Shown piece by piece: positions 1 to 10,757 of a stretch of 64,000 nt of DNA. How positions within the stretch are numbered: position 1 is the stretch's first letter; each line of letters begins with the position of its first letter. A program made the position numbers and the translations under genes. The notes beneath the pieces were generated by a model that saw only the letters and a list, made by a program, of their open reading frames with translations, made no database searches and was not told the DNA's origin. Source of the DNA: an uncultured Ignavibacteria bacterium (GTDB lineage Bacteria > Zixibacteria > MSB-5A5 > CAIYYT01); contig CAZFNN010000001.1 of the NCBI GenBank assembly GCA_964520555.1, positions 253,858-317,857 of the forward strand, read 5' to 3'.

Positions 1-606
1 TCGAAGACTGGCGAGAACCTGCGGCTGCAGCGATCCTTCGAAGCGAATCAGGAACGCAAGGTAATAACCCGCCGAGATGATCAGAATGTCCAACGCTACG
101 ATCAGCAGCCGACGCGGAATTAAAAGCGGCGAAACGATCTGCTCGGCGTTTTCACTCATTGCCCCCGAGGGCGAACGAAACAGCAGCAACCGATTCAGGC
201 TGAGCGTCAGAATGAGCGAGATCCAGTAGGTGAAGATCAGTATTTTCGAGGTCGAGAAGAATGAGTTGGGATCGGCAGAATCGACCGTAACGAAGATCAG
301 CAGCACCACGCCCAGCGATACGACATTGAAGATGCGGAGAAACTCGCCGTAGAGCCCCTGGGGGAAAAACTTTCGCAGCAGGCGCGACAGCCACAAAAGA
401 CCGAGCCAATAGATCGTGACCACCAGGTTGGGCAGGCCATAGAAGTATCCGAGGGTCTCCCCTAACGACTCGCGCACTTCGCGCAGGTTGTGGAAGAGCA
501 GAACCGCCAGGAAGAAACACAACTGGATCGCGACGAGATCAGCCGCAACCAGCACGGCTTCGCGCCGAACTCTCGCCATTTTCTCGGACTTGTCATTCTG
601 CATAAC
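1..606 (-). CDS. Integral membrane polysaccharide-biosynthesis protein, N-terminal part (sugar transferase / CapD-like multi-TM N-terminus); the gene continues beyond the window start
   Basis: Own translation of the minus strand gives an uninterrupted frame from ATG at 606 (or 582) to position 1: MQNDKSEKMARVRREAVLVAADLVAIQLCFFLAVLLF...RRLLIVALDILIISAGYYLAFLIRFEG. It has five predicted TM helices and the D-x-L-x-x-A-x-x-LAF-LRF motif typical of membrane-bound polysaccharide biosynthesis enzymes. It is absent from the ORF track because it runs off the window edge. The track ORF 152..520 is in another frame and is spurious. Confidence 0.45.
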
Positions 607-672
607 TATATAGTCTACCGACGGCCGCAGGCGCAGTCAATGCCAATTTCGGCATCGAAACGACCTGCACGT

Positions 673-1782
673 CTATCGAACAGCCGCTGCCAACTTCCGA
701 GCAATACGCGCGGCCGCCCCGGTCCGACAGATTGCGCGGTTTGAGAAGGAGAACCGATGCTTGGTCAGAGCCTTGCGAAGTTTCGCCGGGTCGAAGCCGA
801 CAATGACGCTGCCGCCGGAGCGAACGATCTCCACCCACTCGGTGACCTCGCGTAATAGCGCCGTCGGTCGCCGCAGGAAGTACGCCTCCCGCTGCAGGCC
901 GCCGGAGTCAGTCAGGAGCATCCGGCAGCCACCGATCAGCGCGAGCATCTGCCGATATCTGACCGGTTCCACCAGCCGCACAGACTTGTTTTGTCGCAGC
1001 CGGCCCAGCAACTTGAAAGCGCGCAGCCGCTCGCTGGTGCGCGGATGCACCGGGAATATCGTCGGCGCCGGAAGTGCACACAACATCTCCACCAAAATTG
1101 TCAGTTTCGCGCGATCATCAACGCTATCAGCACGGTGCAAAGTGGCGACGTAGTAGGACTGCGGTGTCAACTTCAGCGATTCCAGAATCGCGCTGGTTTC
1201 ACGTGCGCCCGGCAACGTGTCAGTGAGGACGTCATACAGGAGGTCGCCGGTCAAACTCACACCGGCCGTAAGCCCTTCGGACGTCAAGTTGGCGACCGCT
1301 TGCGGTGTCGGGCAGAACAAAGCCTGAGCCATACGGTCAGTGAGGAGGCGGTTGAGTTCTTCCGGCGTGCCCAAGTCAAAGCAGCGCAACCCGGCCTCGA
1401 TGTGCGCCATCGGCAGATGCAATTGTGCGGCGGCCAGCGCCCCGCCCAGAGTGCTGTTGGTATCGCCGATGACGACGACCAGATCGGGACGGAGCCGGCG
1501 CAACTGAACGGCGCAGCGCTCAAGAATGCGTGCCGTCATCTCCGCGGCGTCAGCCGATCCGACCTCAAGATTGGCTGTCGGCTTGGGCAACCTGAGTTCG
1601 CGAAAAAACACGCCCGCCATCTGATAGTCGTAGTGCTGGCCGGTATTGATGATGCGATGATCGAGGCCGAGCGGCGCCAGGGCCCGCTGCAGCGGCGCCA
1701 GCTTGATGTACTGCGGCCGCGCGCCGACAATCGTGACGATCCGCGCCTTACGAGACAAATTTGAGGACCGTCGCGGCGACAT
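673..1782 (-). CDS. wecB: UDP-N-acetylglucosamine 2-epimerase (non-hydrolysing), WecB/WbpI-like
   Basis: RIVTIVGARPQYIKLAP N-terminus, HIEAGLR and DSGGLQREA motifs, 369 aa. The true start may be an internal TTG near 1770 (..LSRKARIVTIV), which overlaps the upstream stop. Confidence 0.8.
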   Translation of the reverse strand: MSPRRSSNLSRKARIVTIVGARPQYIKLAPLQRALAPLGLDHRIINTGQHYDYQMAGVFFRELRLPKPTANLEVGSADAAEMTARILERCAVQLRRLRPDLVVVIGDTNSTLGGALAAAQLHLPMAHIEAGLRCFDLGTPEELNRLLTDRMAQALFCPTPQAVANLTSEGLTAGVSLTGDLLYDVLTDTLPGARETSAILESLKLTPQSYYVATLHRADSVDDRAKLTILVEMLCALPAPTIFPVHPRTSERLRAFKLLGRLRQNKSVRLVEPVRYRQMLALIGGCRMLLTDSGGLQREAYFLRRPTALLREVTEWVEIVRSGGSVIVGFDPAKLRKALTKHRFSFSNRAICRTGAAARIARKLAAAVR

Positions 1783-2848
1783 AGTCTCGTTCCGCCTCGC
1801 TCAGTTGCGGGTAAATCGGCAAGGAAATGATCTGTCGGGCACAGCGCTCCGCAACGGGCAAGTCACCCGCGCGATAGCCAAGGTGGTGAAAGCACGCCTG
1901 CAGGTGCAGCGGCAACGGGTAGTAAATTTCATAGCCGATACCGGCCTGTTTGAGCTGATCGCGCAGACCGTCGCGATTGTCGATCAGAATCGAATACTGG
2001 TTATAGATGTGGTACGCGTACGGTTGCTCGGCCGGTGTACGCAAGCTTGATCCGGCAAACCGCTGGCTATAGTAGGCGGCATTCGCCCGCCGTGCGCGCG
2101 ACCACTCATCCAAGTGTGGCAGTTTGACCAACAGCACCGCAGCGTGAACTGTGTCGAGCCGTGAGTTGTAGCCAACAACGTCGTGGTAGTACTTCACCTT
2201 GGCGCCGTGCGCTTTGAGACTCCGCAGCTTTGCCGCCAAGTCGTCGGAATTGGTCACGACCAGCCCGCCGTCGCCCGCACAACCGAGATTCTTGGTCGGA
2301 TAGAACGAATAGATGCCGATGTCACCGATCGTCCCCGACATCTTGCCCTTGTACTTCGAGGACAGGGACTGGGCCGCGTCTTCGACAACAGCGACCTGAT
2401 GGCGCTTGGCGATCGCGAGAATCGGATCGAGATCGGCACTCTGTCCAAACAGGTGCACGGGAATAATCGCCTTTGTCTTGCCGGTAATTTTCGCTTCGAT
2501 TTGTGCCGGATTGAGATTGAACGTGCTCTCGTCGATATCGACAAATACCGGCGTCGCTCCGAGGTTTGCCACGGTTCCCGCGGTGGCAAAAAACGAGAAG
2601 GTTGTCGTGATAACCTCGGTCCCCGGGCCGACCCCGACCGCGCGCAACGCCAGCAGCAGTGCGTCCGTACCGGAGGCCACTCCGATCGCATGCCGCACTC
2701 CGAGGTACGTAGCGGCCTGCTCTTCGAAAAGCTTGACCTGTGGTCCGTTGATGAAGTGCGTCTCGGCCATGACATCGAGCACGGCCCGATCCAACTCCGA
2801 GCGCAGTGCCGCGTATTCGCGGCGCAAATCCAGAAGTGGAACCTGCAA
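1748..2848 (-). CDS. DegT/DnrJ/EryC1/StrS family PLP-dependent sugar aminotransferase (WbpE-like)
   Basis: Hallmarks: FINGPQVKLFEEQ, GTDALLLAL, SFYPTKNLGCAGDGG, 366 aa. Confidence 0.85.
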   Translation of the reverse strand: MQVPLLDLRREYAALRSELDRAVLDVMAETHFINGPQVKLFEEQAATYLGVRHAIGVASGTDALLLALRAVGVGPGTEVITTTFSFFATAGTVANLGATPVFVDIDESTFNLNPAQIEAKITGKTKAIIPVHLFGQSADLDPILAIAKRHQVAVVEDAAQSLSSKYKGKMSGTIGDIGIYSFYPTKNLGCAGDGGLVVTNSDDLAAKLRSLKAHGAKVKYYHDVVGYNSRLDTVHAAVLLVKLPHLDEWSRARRANAAYYSQRFAGSSLRTPAEQPYAYHIYNQYSILIDNRDGLRDQLKQAGIGYEIYYPLPLHLQACFHHLGYRAGDLPVAERCARQIISLPIYPQLSEAERDYVAATVLKFVS

Positions 2849-2867
2849 AGATCGTGTCCTTTGTGAC

Positions 2868-3614
2868 CTATTGATTTTCGAGCAGCTGTTCCGGTGGCAC
2901 TCGTTTCAGCGGTTTCGCCGGCGAGCCCATGACGATCATCTGGTCCGGTGCATCTTTAGTCAGCACCGCGCCGGCCGCCACCAACGCATCCTCGCCGACC
3001 ACCTTCCCCGGCAAGATGGTTGCATTCAATCCAACGCGGCCGCCGCGCTTGACGGTTATACCTTTAAAATATTTGAAGCGTTCCTTCGTGCGTCCCACGA
3101 AATTGTCGTTGGAAGTTGCCACACAGGGCGCCATGAACACGCGATCCGCCAGTTCGGAGTAGGCCGTCAGGTAGACGTTGGTTTCGAGTTTGCAGTACGC
3201 ACCGACTTTACAGAAATTCTCGATTGCCACGCCGCGGCCGACGATCGTGAAATCGCCAATTGTAACGTTTTCCCGTACCGTCGCCTGATCGGCGATCAGC
3301 ACTTTCTTGCCGATCGTCGCGCCGGTGTAGATCACGACGTTGTTGCCGATGATGCAGTCGTCACCGATCGAAGTCGGCGGCAGTTCCTGCTCTTTGGTGA
3401 CCGCCGAGTTGGCCGCCCGCATCGGCTGCTTGCCGATTGAGGCCCCGTCGTCAATCCGCACGTTCGCACCGACCGCGGTACCGGCATAGACGACAACATG
3501 TGCACCCAGGACCGAGCCGGCGCCGATGGTCACCCGCTCGCCGATCACGCAGAAATGCCCCAGGCGAACGCTGGGATCGATGCGGGCCGATGCGGCCACA
3601 ATTTGACTATTCAT
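2868..3614 (-). CDS. Hexapeptide-repeat (left-handed beta-helix) sugar N-acetyltransferase (WbpD/PglD-like)
   Basis: Repeating [LIV]GxxxxI hexapeptides along the whole protein (VIGERVTIGAGSVLGAHVVVYAGTAVGANVRIDDGASIG...), 248 aa. Position in a sugar-modification operon. Confidence 0.75.
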   Translation of the reverse strand: MNSQIVAASARIDPSVRLGHFCVIGERVTIGAGSVLGAHVVVYAGTAVGANVRIDDGASIGKQPMRAANSAVTKEQELPPTSIGDDCIIGNNVVIYTGATIGKKVLIADQATVRENVTIGDFTIVGRGVAIENFCKVGAYCKLETNVYLTAYSELADRVFMAPCVATSNDNFVGRTKERFKYFKGITVKRGGRVGLNATILPGKVVGEDALVAAGAVLTKDAPDQMIVMGSPAKPLKRVPPEQLLENQ

Positions 3615-3638
3615 ACGTTTCCTTTGCGAATGTAAGCC

Positions 3639-5261
3639 TCAATTGACCGCCTGATCAACGACGATGTAGATCGTAGCGATATTGGCCAGGAAGAACCCGG
3701 TGTCTTTGAGGAACTGCCAGACGTTGATGCCTTTCTTCTGTGGCACCATGATCCGGTCGCCCATCGCCACGCGCGTACTGCTCTCAGACTTGACTACCGC
3801 GCCGGTATTGGCCTTGATGATGCGAATGTCACCGCGATTGGCCTTGTAGCCGTATCCGCCGGCCGCCTTGATGTAGTAATCGACCGTTGCCTCCTCCCGG
3901 TATGGCACGAGCCCCGGATTGACCACACGGCCCATCACCGTCACGGCGAAGCTCTTCGACGGAATTCGCACGAAATCGCCGTCCACCAACGGGATATCCA
4001 ACTCGGTACGACCGCCAGTTAGGAGTTGCTCGAAGTCAACGGCAATCTTGCCGGGCTTCTCCGAGGAGATTTCCTTAAGGTACTGCAGCTCAAATTCCGA
4101 CAACTTGTCGGTTGACAACTGCAGGAGCTGTTCAAAGCTTGTCTTCTCAGTTGAGACGAACTGCGGTTTGCGGAACATCTCAGCCTCGGATAATGACGCC
4201 TTGTCCAGGATGCCACCGGCTTTTTGCAGAAGCTGCAACAGTGTCTCGCAGCCGGGTTGAATCGGGTAGACGCCCGGGTACTTGACCTCTCCAGTCAGCA
4301 CCACCTGCTCTTTGCGCCGATATCCGGCGAGCGCGCGCACGAACAGCCGGTCGTCGGGCGCCAGTTCCAAGTTGCCGGCGGAACCCGGGTTTTCGAGAAT
4401 CTCAGCCAGATCGACCTTGATCGAATTCTTGTTGCGACCTTCGGTACTGAAACGAATCAATTCTGCCGTCTCGCGATCGGCGTCCGCCGAGAGCCCAAAG
4501 CCCAACTCGACCAGGTCGGAGATGCGGTCACCGCGACGGTACTCGAACACTCCCGGCGCGTTGACGGCGCCATAGACCTCGATCTTGTCAAACGTGTCGG
4601 ACACGACGGGCACAAAGACAACGTGGCCCTCGTTGAGATAGGGATTGGCGGCGACGGCGCCGGTCGCATAAAAACGGGCGATGTCCGCCTGAGTCGTGTC
4701 CGCGGCCTTAATCAACTTGATGTTGCGCTGCGACGCCTTCTTCTGCAAGCCGCCGGCACGCTGAATCGCCTCGGTAACCCGATCGGCACCCGAAACGACA
4801 ACAACACCGGGCTCCGCCACCGCCCCGGTAACGCTGACCTTGAACGATCGCACGGCTGCCAGATGCACGTCGAGCGAGCGATCGCGGACGCGACCGGCCA
4901 CGGCGGCGCGGATTCGCTCCTTCGCTTCTTTCAGTGTGATCTGCCCAAGCGTCACCACCCCCACCTGGGGGATTGCCACCACGCCTTCCGGCAACACTTC
5001 CACCCGTAACGGCTCAGTTGAGACGCCGTAGAACTGGATGATGAACACGTCACCGGGCCCGACGATGTACAGATGCTCATCCACTGCCTTGTCCAGCAGC
5101 TGTTCGGTTCGGGCCGTTGCCTGCCGCTCTTCTACTGGTGACTTCTCCACCTCCGGCTGCGGTTTCAACGCTGGGTAGTCCAAGGCATGTGCCGGCACAG
5201 CGGTTAAAACCAGGCCAAGCAGGATTATCCGTTTAAAGAATGTACTTGCGGAGGTCTTCAT
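3639..5261 (-). CDS. Polysaccharide export protein, Wza/KpsD family (SLBB-domain outer-membrane exporter)
   Basis: Signal peptide ([26 protein letters not shown]). Repeated SLBB-like units ([11 protein letters not shown]...; VSVTGAV..PGVVVV; [15 protein letters not shown]; [15 protein letters not shown]). C-terminal hydrophobic helix. Confidence 0.75.
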   Translation of the reverse strand: MKTSASTFFKRIILLGLVLTAVPAHALDYPALKPQPEVEKSPVEERQATARTEQLLDKAVDEHLYIVGPGDVFIIQFYGVSTEPLRVEVLPEGVVAIPQVGVVTLGQITLKEAKERIRAAVAGRVRDRSLDVHLAAVRSFKVSVTGAVAEPGVVVVSGADRVTEAIQRAGGLQKKASQRNIKLIKAADTTQADIARFYATGAVAANPYLNEGHVVFVPVVSDTFDKIEVYGAVNAPGVFEYRRGDRISDLVELGFGLSADADRETAELIRFSTEGRNKNSIKVDLAEILENPGSAGNLELAPDDRLFVRALAGYRRKEQVVLTGEVKYPGVYPIQPGCETLLQLLQKAGGILDKASLSEAEMFRKPQFVSTEKTSFEQLLQLSTDKLSEFELQYLKEISSEKPGKIAVDFEQLLTGGRTELDIPLVDGDFVRIPSKSFAVTVMGRVVNPGLVPYREEATVDYYIKAAGGYGYKANRGDIRIIKANTGAVVKSESSTRVAMGDRIMVPQKKGINVWQFLKDTGFFLANIATIYIVVDQAVN

Positions 5262-6588
5262 CTTCGATGATTTCCTTCAGGGTACTCTGTACCCGCGACT
5301 TGGTAATCTTGACCTTGCCGACTTTTTCATCGGGAACGTTGAACATGATCTCTTCCAGCAAGTTGGACATCAGCGTATGCAGCCGCCGAGCGCCGATGTT
5401 TTCTGAGGATTCGTTCAGCAGAGCCGCCAAATGCGCGATTTCCTCGACCGCCGCCGAATCGAACGTGATGTGGACGCCCTCAGTCTCCATCAACGCCGAG
5501 TACTGCTTGAGCAGCGCATTCTTCGGCTCTCGCAAAATGCGCACGAATTCCTTCTCCGTCAGTGGATCAAGTTCGACTCTGATCGGAAATCGCCCCTGCA
5601 GCTCCGGAATCAGATCGGACGGCTTGCTCGAATGAAAGGCGCCCGCGGCGATGAACAGAATATGGTCTGTCTTGACCATGCCGTATTTTGTTGATACGCT
5701 TGAGCCTTCGACAATCGGCAGAATGTCGCGCTGCACCCCTTCGCGGGAGACGTCGGGACCCGATGCCGGCCCTTCGGCGCCCGCGATTTTGTCGATCTCG
5801 TCGATAAAGACAATTCCGGAGTTCTCGACTCGCTGCAAAGCCTCGGCAACCACTTCATCCATATCGACGAGCTTGGCAGCTTCCTCTTCCTTCAAATACT
5901 TCTTCGCCTCAGCCACCGTGAGCTTGCGGATCTTTTTCTTCTTGGGCATGATCCCGGAGAACATTTCCTGGAAATTGACACCCAACTCCTCCATTCCTTG
6001 CGGCGTGAAAATCTCGACGACCGGATAGCGGTTGGCGGGAATCTCGATATCGATGGTGCGCGTATCGAGGAAGCCTTCGTGCAGTTGGCGCCGCAGTTTC
6101 TCCAGCGTCCGTTGGTACTTCTCTTCGATGAGCGGGTCCTCCGCGGTTTCGGCGTTGCGCGGTTGCCGACGCCGCGGCAACAACAATTCGAGGATTCGTT
6201 CCTCCGCCATCTCCTCGGCCTTGGCTTGCACCGATTCCGACTTTTCCTTCCGCACCATCTGCACAGCCAGCTCGACCAGGTCGCGAATCATCGATTCCAC
6301 GTCGCGACCGACATAGCCGACCTCCGTGAATTTCGAGGCCTCGACTTTGACAAACGGCGCGCCGGCGAGGTTGGCCAGCCGGCGGGCAATCTCCGTCTTT
6401 CCGACGCCGGTCGGGCCGATCAGGATGATGTTGTTCGGCATGATTTCTTGACGGATGTCGTCCGTCACGGCCTGCCGCCGCCAGCGATTGCGCAATGCGA
6501 TCGCGACCATCTTCTTGGCTTTGTCTTGTCCGATGATATATTTATCGAGCTCCTCGACGATCTGTCGGGGGGTCAGATGCTTGTCCAA
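5233..6588 (-). CDS. hslU: ATP-dependent protease ATPase subunit HslU
   Basis: [20 protein letters not shown], Walker [26 protein letters not shown], 451 aa. The last 9 codons overlap the start of the exporter gene. Confidence 0.95.
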   Translation of the reverse strand: MDKHLTPRQIVEELDKYIIGQDKAKKMVAIALRNRWRRQAVTDDIRQEIMPNNIILIGPTGVGKTEIARRLANLAGAPFVKVEASKFTEVGYVGRDVESMIRDLVELAVQMVRKEKSESVQAKAEEMAEERILELLLPRRRQPRNAETAEDPLIEEKYQRTLEKLRRQLHEGFLDTRTIDIEIPANRYPVVEIFTPQGMEELGVNFQEMFSGIMPKKKKIRKLTVAEAKKYLKEEEAAKLVDMDEVVAEALQRVENSGIVFIDEIDKIAGAEGPASGPDVSREGVQRDILPIVEGSSVSTKYGMVKTDHILFIAAGAFHSSKPSDLIPELQGRFPIRVELDPLTEKEFVRILREPKNALLKQYSALMETEGVHITFDSAAVEEIAHLAALLNESSENIGARRLHTLMSNLLEEIMFNVPDEKVGKVKITKSRVQSTLKEIIEDEDLRKYIL

Positions 6589-6655
6589 TGCTCCTCCGCG
6601 GTCACTGAGATACGAGAGCGGGTTAGTATAACGTCGCCGATCTGCGAAATCAAAC

Positions 6656-7186
6656 CTATTTTAGGCTCTCGATCGTGATGAACTTGTTGCTGTAGATGCA
6701 GATATCCCCTGAAATTTCCAGTGCCCGTTTGACGATCTGTTCGGCTGAAAGTTTCGTCTCTGCCACCATGGCGCGGCAGGCCGCCAGGGCAAACGGACCG
6801 CCGGAGCCGATAGCGATGATGCCGTCGTCGGGCTCCACCACGTCGCCGGAGCCGGAAATCACAAGCGCATGCTCCTTGTCGAGCACACCCAGTAGTGCTT
6901 CCAGTTGACGCAGGTATTTGTCGCGGCGCCAATCCTTGGCCAATTCGACCGCGGCCCGCGGCAGGTTATCGGAGAATTCCTCCAACTTTGCCTCGAAGCG
7001 CTCAAACAAAGTAAAGGCGTCGGCCGATGAGCCAGCGAAACCCGCCAGAATGGTGCCTCCGGCCAGCGTTCGGATCTTCTTGGCCGTCGCTTTGACAATG
7101 GTATCGCCCAGCGTAACCTGGCCGTCACCGCCAATCGCCACGTGCCCCTTATGTCTAAGTCCCAGTATCGTTGTAGCGTGAAACAC
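6656..7186 (-). CDS. hslV: ATP-dependent protease subunit HslV
   Basis: [45 protein letters not shown], 176 aa. Confidence 0.95.
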   Translation of the reverse strand: MFHATTILGLRHKGHVAIGGDGQVTLGDTIVKATAKKIRTLAGGTILAGFAGSSADAFTLFERFEAKLEEFSDNLPRAAVELAKDWRRDKYLRQLEALLGVLDKEHALVISGSGDVVEPDDGIIAIGSGGPFALAACRAMVAETKLSAEQIVKRALEISGDICIYSNKFITIESLK

Positions 7187-7285
7187 TGATTCTCCTTGTC
7201 ATAATCGCAGCACCCCCGCGAAACGACGGGGCGTTGCCTTAATAAGTGAGAATTGGCGGGGGAAATCCAGTAAGATATTGACCGG

Positions 7286-8245
7286 CTACGGTCGCCGCTT
7301 GGACTGCTTGGCCGCGCGCGGGTGTGCCTGCAAATATTCTTTTTTGAGCCCCGCCGTCGAGACGTGCGTGTAGATTTGCGTCGTGGCGATCGAAGCGTGG
7401 CCCAGCAATTCGGAGATCGCCAGCAGATCGGCGCCGTTGTCCAGCATGTGCGTTGCGAATGAATGTCGCAATTTGTGCGGGGAAACACGGTTGCCTTCCC
7501 GCAATTGCCGCGTGTACTTCTCGACGACGCGGGCGATTGAGCGCGCGGTAATCGGTTCACCGAAGCGATTCACAAATAGTCGCGGTAGTCCCTTGCCGAA
7601 GGCGTGATCGCGCACCGCCACGTAGTCCTTCAGTCGCTGACCGGCGATGGCGCCAAACGGCATCAGGCGCATCTTCTTCCGCTTGCCCAGAACCCGCAGC
7701 AATTGCGCGTTCCAGTCGATCGCCGCATCCGTCAGTTCGGTCAGCTCCGCCAGTCGTAGACCACACTGATAGAACAGCTCCAGAACGGCCCGGTCGCGAA
7801 GCGCCTGCCAGCCGTCACCCTTCGGCAGATCCATCAACTGCGTTGCCTCCGCCTCCGACAGATACACCGGCAGCGACTTCTCGATCTTGAAGCCGCGTAA
7901 CTCCAGCTCAGCGCTCTCCTTCAGATGTCCTTCGCGCAAGAGATAGGACAGATACTTGCGAATGGCCGAGAGCTTGCGCACGATGGTGCGATTCTTCTTC
8001 TGTTCCGCCTTAAGTTGATAAAGATAGGTTCGTACGACCGGATAGAACGACCGCATCAGCTTGTCCTCTCCAATCGACTGCCGATCAAGGAACTGCACGA
8101 ATTGTTCAAGGTCGCTGCGATAGGCGCACACGGTATGCGGCGAATACTTCCGTACTTCGCCCAAATACTTCGTGTAACGCCGGATATTGTCAGCCAACAC
8201 GCCGGGCATACGCAAGAATGTCAGGAATTCAACGGTGGGCCGCAA
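7286..8245 (-). CDS. xerC: Tyrosine recombinase XerC
   Basis: C-terminal catalytic motifs (R..LRHSFATHMLDNGADLLAISELLGHASIATTQIYTHV). Conserved xerC-hslV-hslU order. The start may be the internal Met at about 8209. Confidence 0.85.
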   Translation of the reverse strand: MRPTVEFLTFLRMPGVLADNIRRYTKYLGEVRKYSPHTVCAYRSDLEQFVQFLDRQSIGEDKLMRSFYPVVRTYLYQLKAEQKKNRTIVRKLSAIRKYLSYLLREGHLKESAELELRGFKIEKSLPVYLSEAEATQLMDLPKGDGWQALRDRAVLELFYQCGLRLAELTELTDAAIDWNAQLLRVLGKRKKMRLMPFGAIAGQRLKDYVAVRDHAFGKGLPRLFVNRFGEPITARSIARVVEKYTRQLREGNRVSPHKLRHSFATHMLDNGADLLAISELLGHASIATTQIYTHVSTAGLKKEYLQAHPRAAKQSKRRP

Positions 8246-8264
8246 CGCCGTTTCGGCGGCGGCA

Positions 8265-10508
8265 TCAGGCCGGAGTTACTTCCGGAGTGGTCTCGAGCGA
8301 GTGCTTGTGATGGCAGGTTGGACAGTAGAGGTGGTGGCCGTCGCGCTTCGTCTCCTTTTCCACCATGTAGGCAGCGCCGCAGGACGGACATTTCTGCGCC
8401 ACCGGCTTATACCAGGAGGCGAAATCGCACTTCGGGTAGTTGCCGCAGCCCCAGAAAGGCTTGCCGTAACGGCTACGCCGCTCGACGACATCCCCGCCGT
8501 CTTTCGGACACTTGATGCCGGTGGAAATCGGCTTGGTGTTTTTGCAGTTGGGATAGGCCGAACAGGCCATGAACTTCCCGAAACGACCCGTCTTGATGAC
8601 CATCGCTGAACCGCATAACTCGCACTTTTCGTCAGTCGGCGCGTCTTTCTGCGCATCCAGCGGCTGCGTATTCTTGCAGTCCGGATAACCCGAGCAGGCC
8701 AGGAATCGTCCGTTACGCCCCCACTTCTCCACCATCGGACGACCGCACTTGTCGCAGTTGATATCGGAGACTTTCTGCATCGATGCCTTGATTTCGTGTT
8801 GCGTGCTTTCGACCTCGGTCAGCCGCGTCGAAAACGGGCCGTAGAAATCCTCGAGAACCTGCTGCCAGGAGAAGTCGCCCTCCTCCACCTTGTCGAGTTC
8901 GCCTTCCATCTGGGCGGTGAACTCAACGGAGAAGATGTCGGGAAATTCCTTGACCAGAATCCCATTGACAGTTTTACCCAGTTCCGTCGGGAACAAGCGC
9001 CGCTGTTGCACCTCGACATATTTGCGAGCTTTTAGCGTCGTGATGATCTGCGCGTAGGTCGACGGCCGGCCAATGCCGTTCGACTCGAGTTCTTTCACCA
9101 GCGAAGCTTCCGTAAACCGCGGTGGTGCCTTGGTGAAGTGCTGAGTCGGAGTGATTTCGCTGAGTTTGAGGTTGTCGCCGACGGCCAGCTTGGGCAGCTT
9201 CTTGGCCTCACCGTTGCCATTGCCGTTTGGATCCTCTTCGGCCGTCATCGAATAGACTTTGAGGAATCCCTCAAAGGTAACCCGCGTGCTGGTAGCGCGA
9301 AACTGGTACGGTCCGCCTACCACATCAACCGTCAACTGATCGAATTCGGCCGGAGCCATCTGCGACGCCAAGAACCGATTCCAGATCAATTCGTAAAGTC
9401 GGAACTGATCGCGCGATAGGTACTTCTTCACCTTTACTGGCGGATACTCCAGGTACGTCGGGCGGATCGCCTCGTGCGCATCCTGAGCATTTTTCTTGGT
9501 CTTGTAGACATTAGGAGTCTCCGGATAGAATTCCGGGCCATAATTTTCCACAATGAAGTTCTTTGCGGCGACCACGGCTTCATCCGCGATCCGAACCGAA
9601 TCGGTTCGCATGTAGGTGATCAAGCCAACCTGTCCTTCATCGCCGATTTCGACGCCTTCGTACAGGGATTGAGCAACCTGCATTGTCTTGGCCGAGGCAA
9701 AACTCAGCCGAATCGAAGCATCCTGCTGCAGCGTTGATGTTATATAAGGAGGAAGCGCCCGCCGTGTCTTCTTGTCGGTCTCAACCTTATCAACGGCGAA
9801 ATTCTGCTTGAAGACATCGGTTTTCAGCCTCTCAGCTTCTTCAGTCGACGAGACTTTGAAATCTCCGCCATTGATTTTGAAGAGCCGCGCTTCAAACTTC
9901 TCCTTCTTGGCAGTGACGAACTCCGCCAGTAGTTTCCAGTATTCCTCCGGCTTGAACGCGTCAATTTGAGCTTCGCGCTCGCAGATGATTCGCAGCGCTA
10001 CCGACTGCACGCGCCCGGCGGAAAGACCGTAATAGATGGTCTGCCAGAGTACGGGGCTCACCTTGTAACCCACTAAGCGGTCCAGGATTCGGCGCGCCTG
10101 CTGCGCATCAACCAGCTTCTGGTCGATTGCGGTCGCATTCTCAATTCCGGCTAAAACGGCTTTCTTGGTAATCTCGTTAAACGTGACCCGCCGGATTGGA
10201 ATTTTCAGCCCGCTCAATTTGGAGGCAATATGATAGGCGATCGCCTCGCCTTCACGATCCGGATCAGGTGCCAGGAAAACAGCTTTCGCCTTGGCAGCCG
10301 CTTCTTTGAGCTCCTTGATGATCGGGGCCTTCCCCTTGATCACCTGATAGGTCGGCTGGAAGCCGTTGTCCAGGTCAATGCCGAGTTTCGACTTGGGCAG
10401 ATCCAGAACGTGACCCACCGAGGCCTTAATGGTGAAATCCTTACCAAGGAACTTGGCCAGGGTCTTGGACTTTGTCGGCGACTCGACGATGACGAGATTT
10501 TTTGCCAA
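8265..10508 (-). CDS. topA: DNA topoisomerase I
   Basis: TOPRIM N-terminus (LVIVESPTKSKTLAKFLG), active-site region, three C-terminal C4 zinc ribbons; 747 aa. Confidence 0.95.
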   Translation of the reverse strand: MAKNLVIVESPTKSKTLAKFLGKDFTIKASVGHVLDLPKSKLGIDLDNGFQPTYQVIKGKAPIIKELKEAAAKAKAVFLAPDPDREGEAIAYHIASKLSGLKIPIRRVTFNEITKKAVLAGIENATAIDQKLVDAQQARRILDRLVGYKVSPVLWQTIYYGLSAGRVQSVALRIICEREAQIDAFKPEEYWKLLAEFVTAKKEKFEARLFKINGGDFKVSSTEEAERLKTDVFKQNFAVDKVETDKKTRRALPPYITSTLQQDASIRLSFASAKTMQVAQSLYEGVEIGDEGQVGLITYMRTDSVRIADEAVVAAKNFIVENYGPEFYPETPNVYKTKKNAQDAHEAIRPTYLEYPPVKVKKYLSRDQFRLYELIWNRFLASQMAPAEFDQLTVDVVGGPYQFRATSTRVTFEGFLKVYSMTAEEDPNGNGNGEAKKLPKLAVGDNLKLSEITPTQHFTKAPPRFTEASLVKELESNGIGRPSTYAQIITTLKARKYVEVQQRRLFPTELGKTVNGILVKEFPDIFSVEFTAQMEGELDKVEEGDFSWQQVLEDFYGPFSTRLTEVESTQHEIKASMQKVSDINCDKCGRPMVEKWGRNGRFLACSGYPDCKNTQPLDAQKDAPTDEKCELCGSAMVIKTGRFGKFMACSAYPNCKNTKPISTGIKCPKDGGDVVERRSRYGKPFWGCGNYPKCDFASWYKPVAQKCPSCGAAYMVEKETKRDGHHLYCPTCHHKHSLETTPEVTPA

Positions 10509-10511
10509 TGC

Positions 10512-10754
10512 TTATTCCTGACTGCGATAGACGTACTTGATGCGGTCGTTCAAAAGGTCGTCCAGCGCCAGCGTTGTGACCTTGCGATAATCGAAATTGT
10601 ACTCGCTGTCTTCATTCATCATCTGCAGCTGTTGCAGTCGCTTGAGATTGACGAAGCGGGCGCGCTTGGCGGCGACCAGGACAGCCTCATAATGGTTGAG
10701 CGTAATCTTGTCCAGGTTGCTCATCAGCAGCGTTTCATCTCTGTGGCGATCCAT
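10512..10754 (-). CDS. rpoZ: DNA-directed RNA polymerase subunit omega
   Basis: 80 aa; NHYEAVLVAAKRAR core; conserved gmk-rpoZ adjacency. Confidence 0.75.
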   Translation of the reverse strand: MDRHRDETLLMSNLDKITLNHYEAVLVAAKRARFVNLKRLQQLQMMNEDSEYNFDYRKVTTLALDDLLNDRIKYVYRSQE

Positions 10755-10757
10755 CGG

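Noticed and set aside
152-520. Track ORF (122 aa, minus strand) rich in Arg/Ala/Pro
   Set aside because: A different frame of the same strand encodes a convincing multi-TM polysaccharide-biosynthesis N-terminus running from 606 to beyond position 1. This ORF, like many other short Arg/Ala-rich ORFs in the track, is a high-GC antisense or off-frame artefact.
7286-8245. xerC as a possible integrase of a mobile element
   Set aside because: The conserved topA-xerC-hslV-hslU housekeeping arrangement is present. There is no att-like repeat, phage or transposase gene nearby, so this is the chromosomal dimer-resolution recombinase.
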